From: an uncultured Pelagibacteraceae bacterium
GTDB taxonomy: Bacteria > Pseudomonadota > Alphaproteobacteria > Pelagibacterales > Pelagibacteraceae
Reading direction: 5' to 3'
NCBI GenBank assembly: GCA_902514755.1
Contig: CABXRY010000002.1
Span: forward strand, 8,608-72,607
Length of the DNA stretch: 64,000 bases
Part shown: piece after piece, positions 9,622 through 19,529 of the stretch
How the letters are laid out: each line of letters starts with the position of its first letter
Position numbering within the stretch: position 1 is the stretch's first letter
The notes under the pieces: generated by a model
The model's input: the letters and a program-made list of their open reading frames with translations, nothing else
What the model was told of the DNA's origin: nothing
Database searches by the model: none
Program-made: the position numbers and the translations under genes

Positions 9622-10494
9622 ATGACAAAAAAACAAAAAATAATTTCAAATATTTTATTATTATTTATTATTTTAATTACAGTCTATAGGGTAGTTGGCT
9701 ACAACCAAAAAACTGGAGATCAAATTAAAGAATATAAACCAAATATAAATATTAAAGAATTTAGAGAAAAAAGGTTTAGTGAGCTTGATAATATGTTGAT
9801 AACAAAGAGAAAAGTTGATGAAGCACTGATAAAATTAGCTATAGAAAATATTCATCCTGATGAATTATACGTTATAAATGAAAGTGATTTAACAACTCTT
9901 AAATTTAATAGTGGACAAACTCCTAAAATAGACAAAATTGTAAAAGAATATAATATTTTACTTGAAAAAGAGGGTTTACAATATGAACTACCCAGAATAA
10001 GTAAACCAAAAAAAAATCATAAAAAAGATTCCAGTGAAATAAAAAGAAATAAAAAAAATAATGATTTTATTGAAGCTAATAGGCACGCTTTTGATAGATT
10101 TGAAAACGAAGATGATAAAATATGTATTGCTAATTTTTTTTTAAATAATTTAAACGAGGATGCCTTAGATTATATGCTGATACCAGGGTATCCTAAAATG
10201 AAATATAATATTGATTATATTGTGTCGGATATTCTGGAAAATCATTATAAAAAATTAATAGATTTGGGTTATAGTCAAGCTGATATTCAGGTATTAACAA
10301 GAACACCACTCATTTTACATAGCTCTGATATTGAAAAACTTAATAAAGATTTTAATAATATATTTATAAAATATGGAAATTATGACCTAAATTTTGACTA
10401 TCAATACCAGTTAAGAGTTATACCAAAGATTAATTTATATGAAGGGTTAGCTTTTAAAGAATGTAATTTAATGACAGAACATTCTAATCAATAA
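9622..10494 (+). CDS. Hypothetical protein with N-terminal membrane anchor
   Basis: 290-aa ORF with a hydrophobic N-terminal segment and no recognised motif. Confidence 0.65.
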   Translation: MTKKQKIISNILLLFIILITVYRVVGYNQKTGDQIKEYKPNINIKEFREKRFSELDNMLITKRKVDEALIKLAIENIHPDELYVINESDLTTLKFNSGQTPKIDKIVKEYNILLEKEGLQYELPRISKPKKNHKKDSSEIKRNKKNNDFIEANRHAFDRFENEDDKICIANFFLNNLNEDALDYMLIPGYPKMKYNIDYIVSDILENHYKKLIDLGYSQADIQVLTRTPLILHSSDIEKLNKDFNNIFIKYGNYDLNFDYQYQLRVIPKINLYEGLAFKECNLMTEHSNQ

Positions 10495-10508
10495 AAATAA
10501 GTTAAAAT

Positions 10509-11093
10509 TTAATCATCTGCATGAACTTTTTCATCTTTTTCATGCTTCTCTTGTGCAACGATTGTGTATTTAGCTACGGGTCTTGCCATTAATCTTTTTA
10601 ATCCAATTGGTTCAGCCGTATCTAGACAATACCCATAAATATCTTCTCGAATTCTTGCTAACGCTTTATCGATTTCAGAAATCAATTTTATTTGTCTGTT
10701 TATAGCTTTCATTTCAACATTTTTATCAGTGTATGAACTTGCTTGATCAACAATATCAGCAGATATGCTGTTATCATCCATACTACCGTTATAAAGTGCC
10801 TCATTATTTGCTTTAACTAATTCTTTTTTCCATTCTGTAAGTTTCATTCTAAAAAATACTTTATGTTTTTCGCACATATATTTTTCAGTATCTTTTGGAA
10901 CATAAGTTTTAGAAATTTTTATAGGTGCTTTAGCAACTACTTTTGATTTACTTATAGTTTTAGCTTTTACTTTAATAACTTTAGCTTTAACTTTTGAAAC
11001 TTTAGCTTTAACTTTTGAAACTTTAGCTTTAACTTTTGAAACTTTAGTTTTTACTTTTGAAACTTTTTTTTTAACTTTAGTGGTCTTTGGCAT
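10509..11093 (-). CDS. dksA: RNA polymerase-binding transcription factor DksA with Lys-rich repetitive N-terminal tail
   Basis: DIVDQA coiled-coil tip, YGYCLDTAEPIGLKRLMARP, N-terminal KVSKVKA repeats. Confidence 0.9.
   Translation of the reverse strand: MPKTTKVKKKVSKVKTKVSKVKAKVSKVKAKVSKVKAKVIKVKAKTISKSKVVAKAPIKISKTYVPKDTEKYMCEKHKVFFRMKLTEWKKELVKANNEALYNGSMDDNSISADIVDQASSYTDKNVEMKAINRQIKLISEIDKALARIREDIYGYCLDTAEPIGLKRLMARPVAKYTIVAQEKHEKDEKVHADD
10960..11064. repeat. 21-bp tandem repeat (3 exact + 2 degenerate copies) inside dksA
   Basis: ttagctttaacttttgaaact at 10981, 11002 and 11023; degenerate copies at 10960 and 11044. Confidence 0.95.
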
Positions 11094-11171
11094 ACTTAAA
11101 ATTTGAATTTTCGGAGTATATTCGGCAAATTAAGGGTGTCAAGTAAGCTGAATTAATATTAATATTTATAA

Positions 11172-12494
11172 ATGACCAATTATAACAAGAATATAAATAA
11201 TATTTTTTACATCTTTGTTTTATCACATCTTATATTTTGGACATTAGTACCTTCTCTAACAAACCATAACTTACCACTTGATACGATTGAGGCTTTAGCT
11301 TGGGGAAGTAATTTAGATTGGGGTTTTAATAAACATCCACCAATGAGTGCTTTTTTTCCAGAAGTTTTTTTTCAAATTTTTGGCTCTCAAGATTGGGTTT
11401 ATTATTTACTTAGTCAACTTTTTGTAATTACTTCTTTTTATTATGTATTTAAGCTTTCAAAGGAAATTTTAAAAAATGATTTATTAAGTCTCATTTCGGT
11501 TTTACTTTTAGAGGGTATCTACTTTTATAATTTTACTACTCCAGAATTTAATGTAAACGTATGCCAACTTCCATTCTGGTCATTAACAGTTTATTTTTCT
11601 TGGAAAATTTATAATGGAAAAAACATTAAATTCACTGATTGTTTTTTAGTTGGACTTTTTGCAGCTTTTGGGTTTTTATCAAAATATTTATTTCTATATC
11701 TTTTAGTTTCAATTGATCTTTTATTTTTTTATTTAATTTTTATTAAGAAAATTAAAAAGTTTGATTTTAAATATTTAATATCACTTGAAGTCTTTTTAGT
11801 TGTTTTAGTCCCTCATTTAATTTGGCTAAACAATAACAATTTTATAACTTTAACTTATGGACTTGCAAGAACTGGTCTAGAACAATCAAGTTTAATTGAT
11901 CATATCAAATTTCCATTAATTTTTATTGCAAAACAAATTGGAATATTGATTCCATTTTTATTTTTAGTCATGTTGCTAGTTAAAAAAATAAAATTAAAAA
12001 TAAATTTTAATAACAAAGAACAGCTTTTTTTAATTGCAATTAATGTCATACCTATCTTTTTAATGTTTTTAACTTCAGTAATTACTGGATCAAAAATAAG
12101 AACTATGTGGATGACACCTTTTTATTTATTTTTTGGAACTTTTTTTGTTTATTTTTTAAAAACTCAAATAAATATTAAAAAGATAAAACCTTTTATTTTT
12201 GGATTTCTATTTTTATTTTTTATATCTCCAGGGACTTATTCATACATATCAATTTCAAAAGAAGATAAGAGAACAGACTATCCAGGTAAAGAAATAGCCA
12301 TTAAAACTCAATATGCTTGGGATCAGCAATTTAATTCAACTATTAATGTTGTTTATGGCAATGAATGGAATGCTGGTAATTTATCTTATCATCTAAAATC
12401 AAGACCTGTTTGGGATGGTATTGTTGAAAGGAATAAACTTGATCAATTGAAAGATTATATGTGTCTTGATAATGTTTGTGTTGGTTCTAAATAG
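11172..12494 (+). CDS. GT-C fold membrane glycosyltransferase (ArnT/Rgt/PMT_2-like)
   Basis: DTIEALAWG..WGFNKHPPM, GFLSKY, PHLIWL; many transmembrane segments. Confidence 0.8.
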   Translation: MTNYNKNINNIFYIFVLSHLIFWTLVPSLTNHNLPLDTIEALAWGSNLDWGFNKHPPMSAFFPEVFFQIFGSQDWVYYLLSQLFVITSFYYVFKLSKEILKNDLLSLISVLLLEGIYFYNFTTPEFNVNVCQLPFWSLTVYFSWKIYNGKNIKFTDCFLVGLFAAFGFLSKYLFLYLLVSIDLLFFYLIFIKKIKKFDFKYLISLEVFLVVLVPHLIWLNNNNFITLTYGLARTGLEQSSLIDHIKFPLIFIAKQIGILIPFLFLVMLLVKKIKLKINFNNKEQLFLIAINVIPIFLMFLTSVITGSKIRTMWMTPFYLFFGTFFVYFLKTQINIKKIKPFIFGFLFLFFISPGTYSYISISKEDKRTDYPGKEIAIKTQYAWDQQFNSTINVVYGNEWNAGNLSYHLKSRPVWDGIVERNKLDQLKDYMCLDNVCVGSK

Positions 12495-12496
12495 AG

Positions 12497-13369
12497 ATGA
12501 AAAAATATATAATCTTAATTCCAATATATAATGACAGAGATTCTTTAACTAAATTAATAGAAGATATTAATTTTGAATTAAAAGATCTCACATCTAAGAT
12601 ATCAATAATTGTTGTAAATGATGCCTCATCCCAACAAGTTGCAGACAATTATCCCAATACTGAAAACATAAATTCAATTGAAATAATTAATATGAAAGAA
12701 AATAGGGGTCATACAAGATGTATTGCCTCAGGATTAAAGTATATTTTTGAAAAAAAAGAATTTGATTTTGTAATTCCAATGGATGGGGATGGTGAAGATA
12801 GACCAGAAGAGATCAAAAATTTTATTCATCAAGCAAAACAATCTGATGATAAAACTATAGTTGGAGAACGAACTAAAAGATCTGAAAGTTTATTTTTTAA
12901 AATTTGTTATCAATTACATAAACTTTTAACCTTAGGTTGTACCGGACATTCAATTAAGTTTGGGAATTTTACCTGTTTATCAAAATCAACTATTGAAAAA
13001 ATGTTAAACGAAAAAGCTACCTGGAATAGCTTTTCTGGCTCATTAAAAAAAGTAGAAAAAGATTTATTATCTATACCTTCTATTAGAGGAATAAGATATT
13101 TTGGCCCATCTAAAATGAGTTTTTTTAATTTATTAAAACACTCTCTTTCAATTATAAGTGTATTTCGAAAAACAGTTTTAATTCGCTCGGCTTTATTTAT
13201 AGTTTTTTATATTTTACTGATGCAAAGCAATGCATCTATTATCACCTCAGTACCATTAGTATTGTTATTGATCATGATTTATTCAATCTCAAGTTTAGCT
13301 TTAAGAGAAAATATGGATGAGTTTGATAAGTGTTTGTTAAATATTAATGATATTGAAAAAATAAAGTAA
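12497..13369 (+). CDS. GT2 glycosyltransferase (polyprenyl-phosphate sugar synthase-like)
   Basis: LIPIYND, VVNDAS, NRGH, PMDGDGEDRPE; two C-terminal transmembrane segments. Confidence 0.82.
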   Translation: MKKYIILIPIYNDRDSLTKLIEDINFELKDLTSKISIIVVNDASSQQVADNYPNTENINSIEIINMKENRGHTRCIASGLKYIFEKKEFDFVIPMDGDGEDRPEEIKNFIHQAKQSDDKTIVGERTKRSESLFFKICYQLHKLLTLGCTGHSIKFGNFTCLSKSTIEKMLNEKATWNSFSGSLKKVEKDLLSIPSIRGIRYFGPSKMSFFNLLKHSLSIISVFRKTVLIRSALFIVFYILLMQSNASIITSVPLVLLLIMIYSISSLALRENMDEFDKCLLNINDIEKIK

Positions 13370-13377
13370 TGAAAAAT

Positions 13378-14658
13378 TTAAATAGCTCTAATTGTTGGTA
13401 GAGAATAAAAGTCAGCCGTATCTATCTTAGAAGAATACTCTCTTTTCATGTTCCACCTCTTTTGAACACCAGCACTTGCAACACTTAAAGTGGATCTTCC
13501 ATATCGATGATTAGTGTTATCTATAGACCTCATTAAACTGCTTATTTTCTCATCTTTTTCAGATGAAAATAGGTTTGTTTTTTCATTGGCGTTAGACAAT
13601 CCTGTAAGCATTACACCTGCTTTTTGATATTGGTAACCATTTTTAAATATACTCTCTAATATTGTAACTGCAGTTTTAACTACTTCGATACTGTTGTTTG
13701 TTGCAATTGGAAAATCAATGGTCTTTGTATTTGAATAATATCCATAGTTTCTTTGAAATGGACTAGTTCTAACAAATACAGTGATTGCTTTTGCAACTAA
13801 AGACTCTGATCTAATTTTTTCAGATGCATTTAAACAATAGTTTGCAACTGCTTCTTTTAATTCTTGAAATCTTTCAACTCGTTTCCCAAATGATCTTGAA
13901 ACAACACAACTTTTTCTTTTTGTTGTAGTAGTTTCTAAATTAATACAAGGGATACCTTTAAGCTCCATTGCGGTTCTAGAACTTAAAACATTAGAAGATT
14001 TTTTAATCCAACTGTTAGATTTGTTCTTAAGCTGTTTTGCATTATAAATGCCATTCTTTTGGTAAAATTTTGTTAACTGTCTACCAACACCCCACACATC
14101 ATTAATTTCTACTTTTTCAAGAACAGGATCCAAGTTATCAATTCCAACTAAACTAGTAACTCCTGATTGCTTTTTCTTTGCTATATGGTTTGCAATTTTA
14201 CTTAGAGTTTTTGTCTTAGCAATTCCAATACTAGTTGGAATACCAGTCCACTGTAAAACTGTTTCTCTAATTTCTTTTCCAACTTTTTCTACATCTTGAT
14301 CTGGAAAGTTTGATAAATCTAAAAATGCTTCATCAATGGAATAAACTTCTATATCAGAATTAAATCTTTTAAGAGTTCGCATTACTCTTCTAGATAAATC
14401 ACCATATAGAGAATAATTAGATGAAAAAACTTCTACTTTATTTTTAATAATAATATCTTTTGCTTTAAAGTAAGGCTCACCCATTTTAATTCCTAAGGAT
14501 TTTGCTTCATTAGATCTTGAAATAATACAACCGTCATTATTAGATAAAACAACAACAGGCTTTCTTCTTATTTTAGGATTGAATAATCTTTCGCAAGAAA
14601 CATAAAAAGAATTACAATCAACTAATGCTATTTTTTTAGTACGTAGAATGGATGACAT
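13378..14658 (-). CDS. umuC: DNA polymerase V catalytic subunit (Y family)
   Basis: LVDCNSFYVSCER, VVVLSNNDGCIISRS, YSIDEAFLD, C-terminal WNMKRE. Confidence 0.93.
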   Translation of the reverse strand: MSSILRTKKIALVDCNSFYVSCERLFNPKIRRKPVVVLSNNDGCIISRSNEAKSLGIKMGEPYFKAKDIIIKNKVEVFSSNYSLYGDLSRRVMRTLKRFNSDIEVYSIDEAFLDLSNFPDQDVEKVGKEIRETVLQWTGIPTSIGIAKTKTLSKIANHIAKKKQSGVTSLVGIDNLDPVLEKVEINDVWGVGRQLTKFYQKNGIYNAKQLKNKSNSWIKKSSNVLSSRTAMELKGIPCINLETTTTKRKSCVVSRSFGKRVERFQELKEAVANYCLNASEKIRSESLVAKAITVFVRTSPFQRNYGYYSNTKTIDFPIATNNSIEVVKTAVTILESIFKNGYQYQKAGVMLTGLSNANEKTNLFSSEKDEKISSLMRSIDNTNHRYGRSTLSVASAGVQKRWNMKREYSSKIDTADFYSLPTIRAI

Positions 14659-15031
14659 AAGTTACAACTCCCCAAATAAAAATATCTTGTTCTTCATTAA
14701 TTAAAATTCTGTCAGTAAATTCTTTAGATCCTGACGTTAAAAACTTTTTATCTCTTTCTTGAACCAAACTTTTAACCACAAGTTCATCATGAACATTTGC
14801 AATCACTGTTGAAAAGTTTTTTGGCTTTATACTTTTATCGACAACCAGTAAATCTCCATCGTTAATTCCAACATCTACCATTGATTTACCTTGCACTCTG
14901 ATGATGAAGGTGGCTGGAACATTTCTTATTAAATGCATATTAAGATCAATATCTTCCTCGATATAATCAGTTGCAGGAGATGGAAAACCAGCGCCTGCTT
15001 TATGTAGATAATAAGGGATTGTTAGTTTCAT
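14636..15031 (-). CDS. umuD: DNA polymerase V accessory subunit (S24 autopeptidase)
   Basis: AGFPSPATDY cleavage site, GKSM serine, VVK lysine, IWGVV. Confidence 0.93.
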   Translation of the reverse strand: MKLTIPYYLHKAGAGFPSPATDYIEEDIDLNMHLIRNVPATFIIRVQGKSMVDVGINDGDLLVVDKSIKPKNFSTVIANVHDELVVKSLVQERDKKFLTSGSKEFTDRILINEEQDIFIWGVVTYVIHSTY

Positions 15032-15046
15032 GTTCTTGTTTTGTTC
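15032..15046 (-). promoter_or_regulatory. Alphaproteobacterial LexA (SOS) box abutting the umuD start codon
   Basis: GTTC-ttgtttt-GTTC, a perfect GTTC-N7-GTTC. Confidence 0.85.
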
Positions 15047-15153
15047 TTATTTATAGACTAGTTATGCAATGCACGCAAGAGGTTGTATTTTGAGTCTGTA
15101 ACTGAATCAAAAGTGAATCAAAAGGTGAACATTGGAACTACATTTTGTGTACT

Positions 15154-15162
15154 TGTGGATAA
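15154..15162 (-). promoter_or_regulatory. Perfect DnaA box
   Basis: tgtggataa reads TTATCCACA on the minus strand, in the umuD/GFA divergent spacer. Confidence 0.4.
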
Positions 15163-15212
15163 CTTTGACCAGAGATAGTTTAAATTAAATATTAAATAGA
15201 TAAAAAAGACAA

Positions 15213-15581
15213 ATGAAAACACTAACGTGTCATTGTGGTGCAGTGGAAATCCAAGTTAATCTTAAGGAAGAGATAGATAAATTAATGAGATGCAATTGCT
15301 CGATGTGCAAAAGAAAAGGGATCGCGGTTGCAACAATAAATAAAAAGGATTTAAAAATTGTTAAAGGAGAAGATAAAATAAAAATTTATCAGTTTAATAC
15401 AAAAGTAGCTAAACATCATTTTTGTTCAGAGTGTGGAGTTCAAACGCATAATTTAAGAAGAAGTGATCCAAATACTTATGGTATCAATGTGGGCTGTATA
15501 GATGAAATAAAAACAAGTGAGCTATTTAAACTAAAGACCTTTATAAATGATGGTCAAAACCATATAAAAGACAGGAAATAA
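15213..15581 (+). CDS. GFA family (glutathione-dependent formaldehyde-activating/CENP-V) zinc protein, copy 1
   Basis: CHCG...CNCSMC...HFCSECG. Confidence 0.9.
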   Translation: MKTLTCHCGAVEIQVNLKEEIDKLMRCNCSMCKRKGIAVATINKKDLKIVKGEDKIKIYQFNTKVAKHHFCSECGVQTHNLRRSDPNTYGINVGCIDEIKTSELFKLKTFINDGQNHIKDRK

Positions 15582-15582
15582 G

Positions 15583-15957
15583 ATGAAAAAATTAACATGT
15601 CATTGTGGAGAAGTTGAAGCAGAAATCAATTTAGATGGAGATTTAGCAAAAGTGATAAAATGTAATTGTTCTATTTGTAAAAGAAGGGGAGCAATAATGT
15701 CTATGGTTAAAAATGAAGATTTTAAAATAGTGAAAGGAGAAGATAAATTAAAACTTTATCAATTTCATACAAAGGTAGCCAAACATTATTTTTGTTCAAT
15801 TTGTGGAATTTATACTCATCACAATCCAAGAATTAATCCAGCAATGACAGGTTTTAATGTTGGATGTATTGATGAAATAAATACTTTTGCTTTAAAAGAT
15901 GTTGCAGTAAACGATGGTCAAAATCATCCATTAGACCAAAAAAAAATTAACCACTAA
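15583..15957 (+). CDS. GFA family zinc protein, copy 2 (tandem paralog)
   Basis: CHCG...CNCSIC...YFCSICG; shares KIVKGEDK, YQF.TKVAKH, NVGCIDEI and NDGQNH with copy 1. Confidence 0.9.
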   Translation: MKKLTCHCGEVEAEINLDGDLAKVIKCNCSICKRRGAIMSMVKNEDFKIVKGEDKLKLYQFHTKVAKHYFCSICGIYTHHNPRINPAMTGFNVGCIDEINTFALKDVAVNDGQNHPLDQKKINH

Positions 15958-16886
15958 TGAATAAGATAGATATTTGTTTTAATAAAGTAAAAAAAGATTG
16001 TTTTAAGTTTATTAAATTACAAGAAATTAAAACAGAAAAGTTTAGCAACAAAGATAAAATGCTAAAGTCTTTTTTAATTCCAATGTGTTTTTGGATTGCA
16101 AATAAAAATATTAATAAAAAACCCTACTTTGTTGGTTTGGCTGGAGGACAAGGTGTAGGTAAAACAACTATAAGCTCGATTGTTAAAATTATATTAGAAA
16201 AGTATTTTAAACTAAACGTATTTAAAATCTCTATTGACGATTTTTATAAAACTAGAAAAGAGAGATTAAACTTATCAAAAAAAATACATCCCATGCTGAT
16301 GACAAGAGGTGTGCCAGGCACTCATGATATACAAATGATGCTTAATTTTTTTAAAAAAGTAAAAAGTAAAAATTTAAAAAAAATTGAATTACCAGATTTC
16401 AATAAAGCTATCGACGATAGGTCTCCTAAAAAATATTGGTATAAACTTAAGGAAAAACCTGATGTAGTAATATTTGAGGGTTGGTGTGTTGGCGCAAAAG
16501 CTGAATTAAATAAGACACTAAAAAAATCAATAAATTCACTTGAAAAAACTAACGACCAAAAGCTCCTATGGAGAAACTATGTAAATAAACAACTAAAAAC
16601 TAAATATAAAAAATTGTATTCTCAACTTAATTGTATGATTTATTTAAAAGCGCAAAACTTTAGTTTGCTTCAAAAATGGAGATTAAAACAAGAACTTAAG
16701 TTATGGTTGAAGAGTAAAAAATCTTCTAGCCACAAGATAATGAACAAGAATGATGTATTTAAATTTATGCAAACGTATCAAAGAATTACAGAAAACATGT
16801 TCAAAAAAATGCCTAAATATGCTTCTATAGTTTTAAATTTAAATAGTAACCATCAGATTAAATCTGCAGTATATAAGAAAAAATGA
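15957..16886 (+). CDS. P-loop kinase resembling plant-type D-glycerate 3-kinase (GLYK/Tda10-like)
   Basis: GGQGVGKTT, SIDDFY, TRGVPGTHD, FNKAIDDR, FEGWCVG, WRLKQE. Confidence 0.7.
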   Translation: MNKIDICFNKVKKDCFKFIKLQEIKTEKFSNKDKMLKSFLIPMCFWIANKNINKKPYFVGLAGGQGVGKTTISSIVKIILEKYFKLNVFKISIDDFYKTRKERLNLSKKIHPMLMTRGVPGTHDIQMMLNFFKKVKSKNLKKIELPDFNKAIDDRSPKKYWYKLKEKPDVVIFEGWCVGAKAELNKTLKKSINSLEKTNDQKLLWRNYVNKQLKTKYKKLYSQLNCMIYLKAQNFSLLQKWRLKQELKLWLKSKKSSSHKIMNKNDVFKFMQTYQRITENMFKKMPKYASIVLNLNSNHQIKSAVYKKK

Positions 16887-18175
16887 AAAAAATATTAATA
16901 CTAATCAGTTTAACATTATTTTATTTTAGTAATGTATTAGCGGTAACTTTGTATGATGCTTTAAATCAAACCTATCAAAATAATATTCAGTTAAATGCAG
17001 AAAGAGAAAATATTAAAGCATCAGAAGAAGATATTAATATTTCAAAAGCAGATTACAAACCAACTTTAACTTTAAGTGGTTCAAAGAGTATAGAAAATAC
17101 AAATAAACTTACAAATCAAAGTGGAGGAGATGCTTCAAGTAGTGATGCTGATCCATTGACAACATCTATTAAATTAGAACAAACAATTCTTGATTATGGA
17201 AGAGATTTATCATTTGAGAAAAATTTAATTGGATTAGATTTAGCAAAAGCAAAGTTGATTAAAAAAGAACAAGATGTTTTGTATAGTGCAATTGATGTTT
17301 TTACAAATTTAATATTAGCTAGAGAAAAATTATCTATTAATAGAAAGAATTTAAATTTGTTAAATAGGCAACTTGAAAATGATAAAATAAGATTAGATAG
17401 AGGTCAAATTACAATTGCCGATTTAGCACAAACTGAATCTTCGCTTGCAGGCGCTCAAGCTCAATTTACTCAAGCAAAAAGCGATTTAACAATCAGTAAA
17501 TTAAATTATGAAAATATTATTGGAAAAATTAATAATCCAAAATCTCTCAAAAAAAACTCAAACTCAATTGTTAGTATTCCAAAAAGTTTAGATGAAGCGA
17601 TAAATCTTTCTAAACAAAATAACCCAGATATTAAAATAGCAAATTTTGATGTAGTCCAATCAGAAAAAGATTTAGCAATAGCAGAGACAGATTTAAAACC
17701 CACGGCATCATTATCATTAGAGAAATCTTTCGCTGATGACTTGAGTTCAACTATTGATAGAAAAGATAAAGATATTTTAAAAGCTACTGTGAGTTGGCCA
17801 TTTTACTCAGGAGGTAAAAATAAATCTAAAATTAATAAAAATACAAATTTAACTGTTAGAAAAAGATTATTATTAGATGATGTGATTAGAACAAATGATA
17901 CTAATGTAGCTAGTGCCTGGTCAAGTTTAGCTTCATCAAAAAGTTTTTTAAACTCTGTAAAAGTACAAGTAAGAGCAGCAAAAATTGCTAATGAAGGAAT
18001 TGTTGCAGAGTACGAACGAGGTTCTAGAACGACACTTGATGTAATCCAATCAAATTCTTTATTGCTCTCTGCTCAAATTTCTTTAGCAAATTCTGAAAGA
18101 AATTACCTTATGGCCCAATATAATTTGTTAAAAACAGTTGGGTTATTAAATAGCCAATATCTAAAACTTAAGTAA
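16883..18175 (+). CDS. TolC-family outer membrane channel
   Basis: Signal peptide, ADYKPTL, SWPFYSGG, YERGSRTTLDV. Confidence 0.88.
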   Translation: MKKILILISLTLFYFSNVLAVTLYDALNQTYQNNIQLNAERENIKASEEDINISKADYKPTLTLSGSKSIENTNKLTNQSGGDASSSDADPLTTSIKLEQTILDYGRDLSFEKNLIGLDLAKAKLIKKEQDVLYSAIDVFTNLILAREKLSINRKNLNLLNRQLENDKIRLDRGQITIADLAQTESSLAGAQAQFTQAKSDLTISKLNYENIIGKINNPKSLKKNSNSIVSIPKSLDEAINLSKQNNPDIKIANFDVVQSEKDLAIAETDLKPTASLSLEKSFADDLSSTIDRKDKDILKATVSWPFYSGGKNKSKINKNTNLTVRKRLLLDDVIRTNDTNVASAWSSLASSKSFLNSVKVQVRAAKIANEGIVAEYERGSRTTLDVIQSNSLLLSAQISLANSERNYLMAQYNLLKTVGLLNSQYLKLK

Positions 18176-18217
18176 TTATTTGATTTTTTGAGTAAAAAAT
18201 AAATATATTGCTAATGA

Positions 18218-18232
18218 GAACAAAATGTGTAC
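18218..18232 (+). promoter_or_regulatory. LexA (SOS) box upstream of recA
   Basis: GAAC-aaaatgt-GTAC (GAAC-N7-GWAC), 50 nt before the recA start. Confidence 0.75.
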
Positions 18233-18282
18233 ATTTAATTTCATGATTCGAGTGTTAAAAAAATTAAAAAAAGAGGCTAAAA

Positions 18283-19431
18283 ATGACGAAAAGTAACCTA
18301 AAAGTAGTTAAATCTACTAAAGATCAAGAAATGGATATTAAAGAAAAAAATAAAGCATTAGATGCAGCAATAGCTCAAATTACGGACAACTTTGGAAAAG
18401 GTTCCGTGATGAAGCTTGGCCAAAGAAGAGCAATGGATATTGAGTCTGTGTCAACAGGATCTTTAAGTCTTGATTTAGCTCTTGGAATAGGCGGATTACC
18501 AAAAGGAAGAATTGTTGAAGTATATGGACCAGAGTCTTCTGGAAAAACAACATTAGCATTACAAGTTGTTGCTGAAGCTCAAAAAGCTGGTGGAATTTGT
18601 GCATTTGTTGATGCAGAGCATGCATTAGATCCAGTTTATGCAAAAAAATTAGGTGTTAACACAGAAGAACTTTTAATTTCACAACCAGATGCTGGTGAAC
18701 AAGCGTTAGAAATAGCTGATACTCTTGTTAAATCAGGATCTATTTCAGTTATAGTAATTGACTCAGTTGCAGCTTTAACACCAAGAGCTGAAATTGAAGG
18801 CGAAATGGGAGATCATCATGTCGGTCTTCAATCAAGATTAATGAGTCAGGCTTTAAGAAAACTTACTAGCTCAATTTCAAATACAAATACAATGATGATT
18901 TTCATTAATCAAATTAGAATGAAAATTGGAGTTATGTTTGGAAGTCCAGAAACAACATCAGGTGGTAATGCATTAAAATTCTATTCTTCAGTAAGAATGG
19001 ATATTAGAAGAATTGGTGCAATTAAAGATAAAGATGAAATTATTGGAAACTCAACAAGAGTTAAGGTAGTTAAAAATAAAGTAGCGCCACCATTTAAAGT
19101 TGTTGAGTTTGACTTAATGTATGGAAAAGGGATCAGTAAAATGGGAGAACTCGTTGATCTAGGTTCTAAAGCAGACATTATTGAAAAATCAGGAGCTTGG
19201 TATGCTTATAAAGGTGAAAAAATAGGTCAGGGTAGAGAAAATGCTAAAACCTATCTTGCTCAAAATCCTAAAGTAGCTGCTGAAATTGAACTGTTAATAA
19301 GAGAAAAAGCAGGTGTAATTCAAAAAAAAATTGAGGGAAACCCGCTAGATCCTGAAAAAGCTGCAAAAGATCAAATAGAAGATCCAAAAGTAGAAAAGAA
19401 AGAGGAAGTAGTTCCTACTAAAAAAAATTAG
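18283..19431 (+). CDS. recA: Recombinase A
   Basis: [44 protein letters not shown]. Confidence 0.99.
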   Translation: MTKSNLKVVKSTKDQEMDIKEKNKALDAAIAQITDNFGKGSVMKLGQRRAMDIESVSTGSLSLDLALGIGGLPKGRIVEVYGPESSGKTTLALQVVAEAQKAGGICAFVDAEHALDPVYAKKLGVNTEELLISQPDAGEQALEIADTLVKSGSISVIVIDSVAALTPRAEIEGEMGDHHVGLQSRLMSQALRKLTSSISNTNTMMIFINQIRMKIGVMFGSPETTSGGNALKFYSSVRMDIRRIGAIKDKDEIIGNSTRVKVVKNKVAPPFKVVEFDLMYGKGISKMGELVDLGSKADIIEKSGAWYAYKGEKIGQGRENAKTYLAQNPKVAAEIELLIREKAGVIQKKIEGNPLDPEKAAKDQIEDPKVEKKEEVVPTKKN

Positions 19432-19452
19432 TTAAAGTCATCTTTAATTATT

Positions 19453-19481
19453 AAAAGGCGCTTAAATTAAGCGCCTTTTTT
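19453..19481 (+). terminator. Rho-independent terminator after recA
   Basis: aaaaggcgcttaa / ttaagcgccttttt. Confidence 0.85.
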
Positions 19482-19529
19482 CCCTTACTGTTATCTAGAC
19501 ATAAAATAAAAAAGCTGTATTTTAAAAAT

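Noticed and set aside
15100-15212. Replication origin
   Set aside because: Only one DnaA box, a short spacer and no origin-associated genes.
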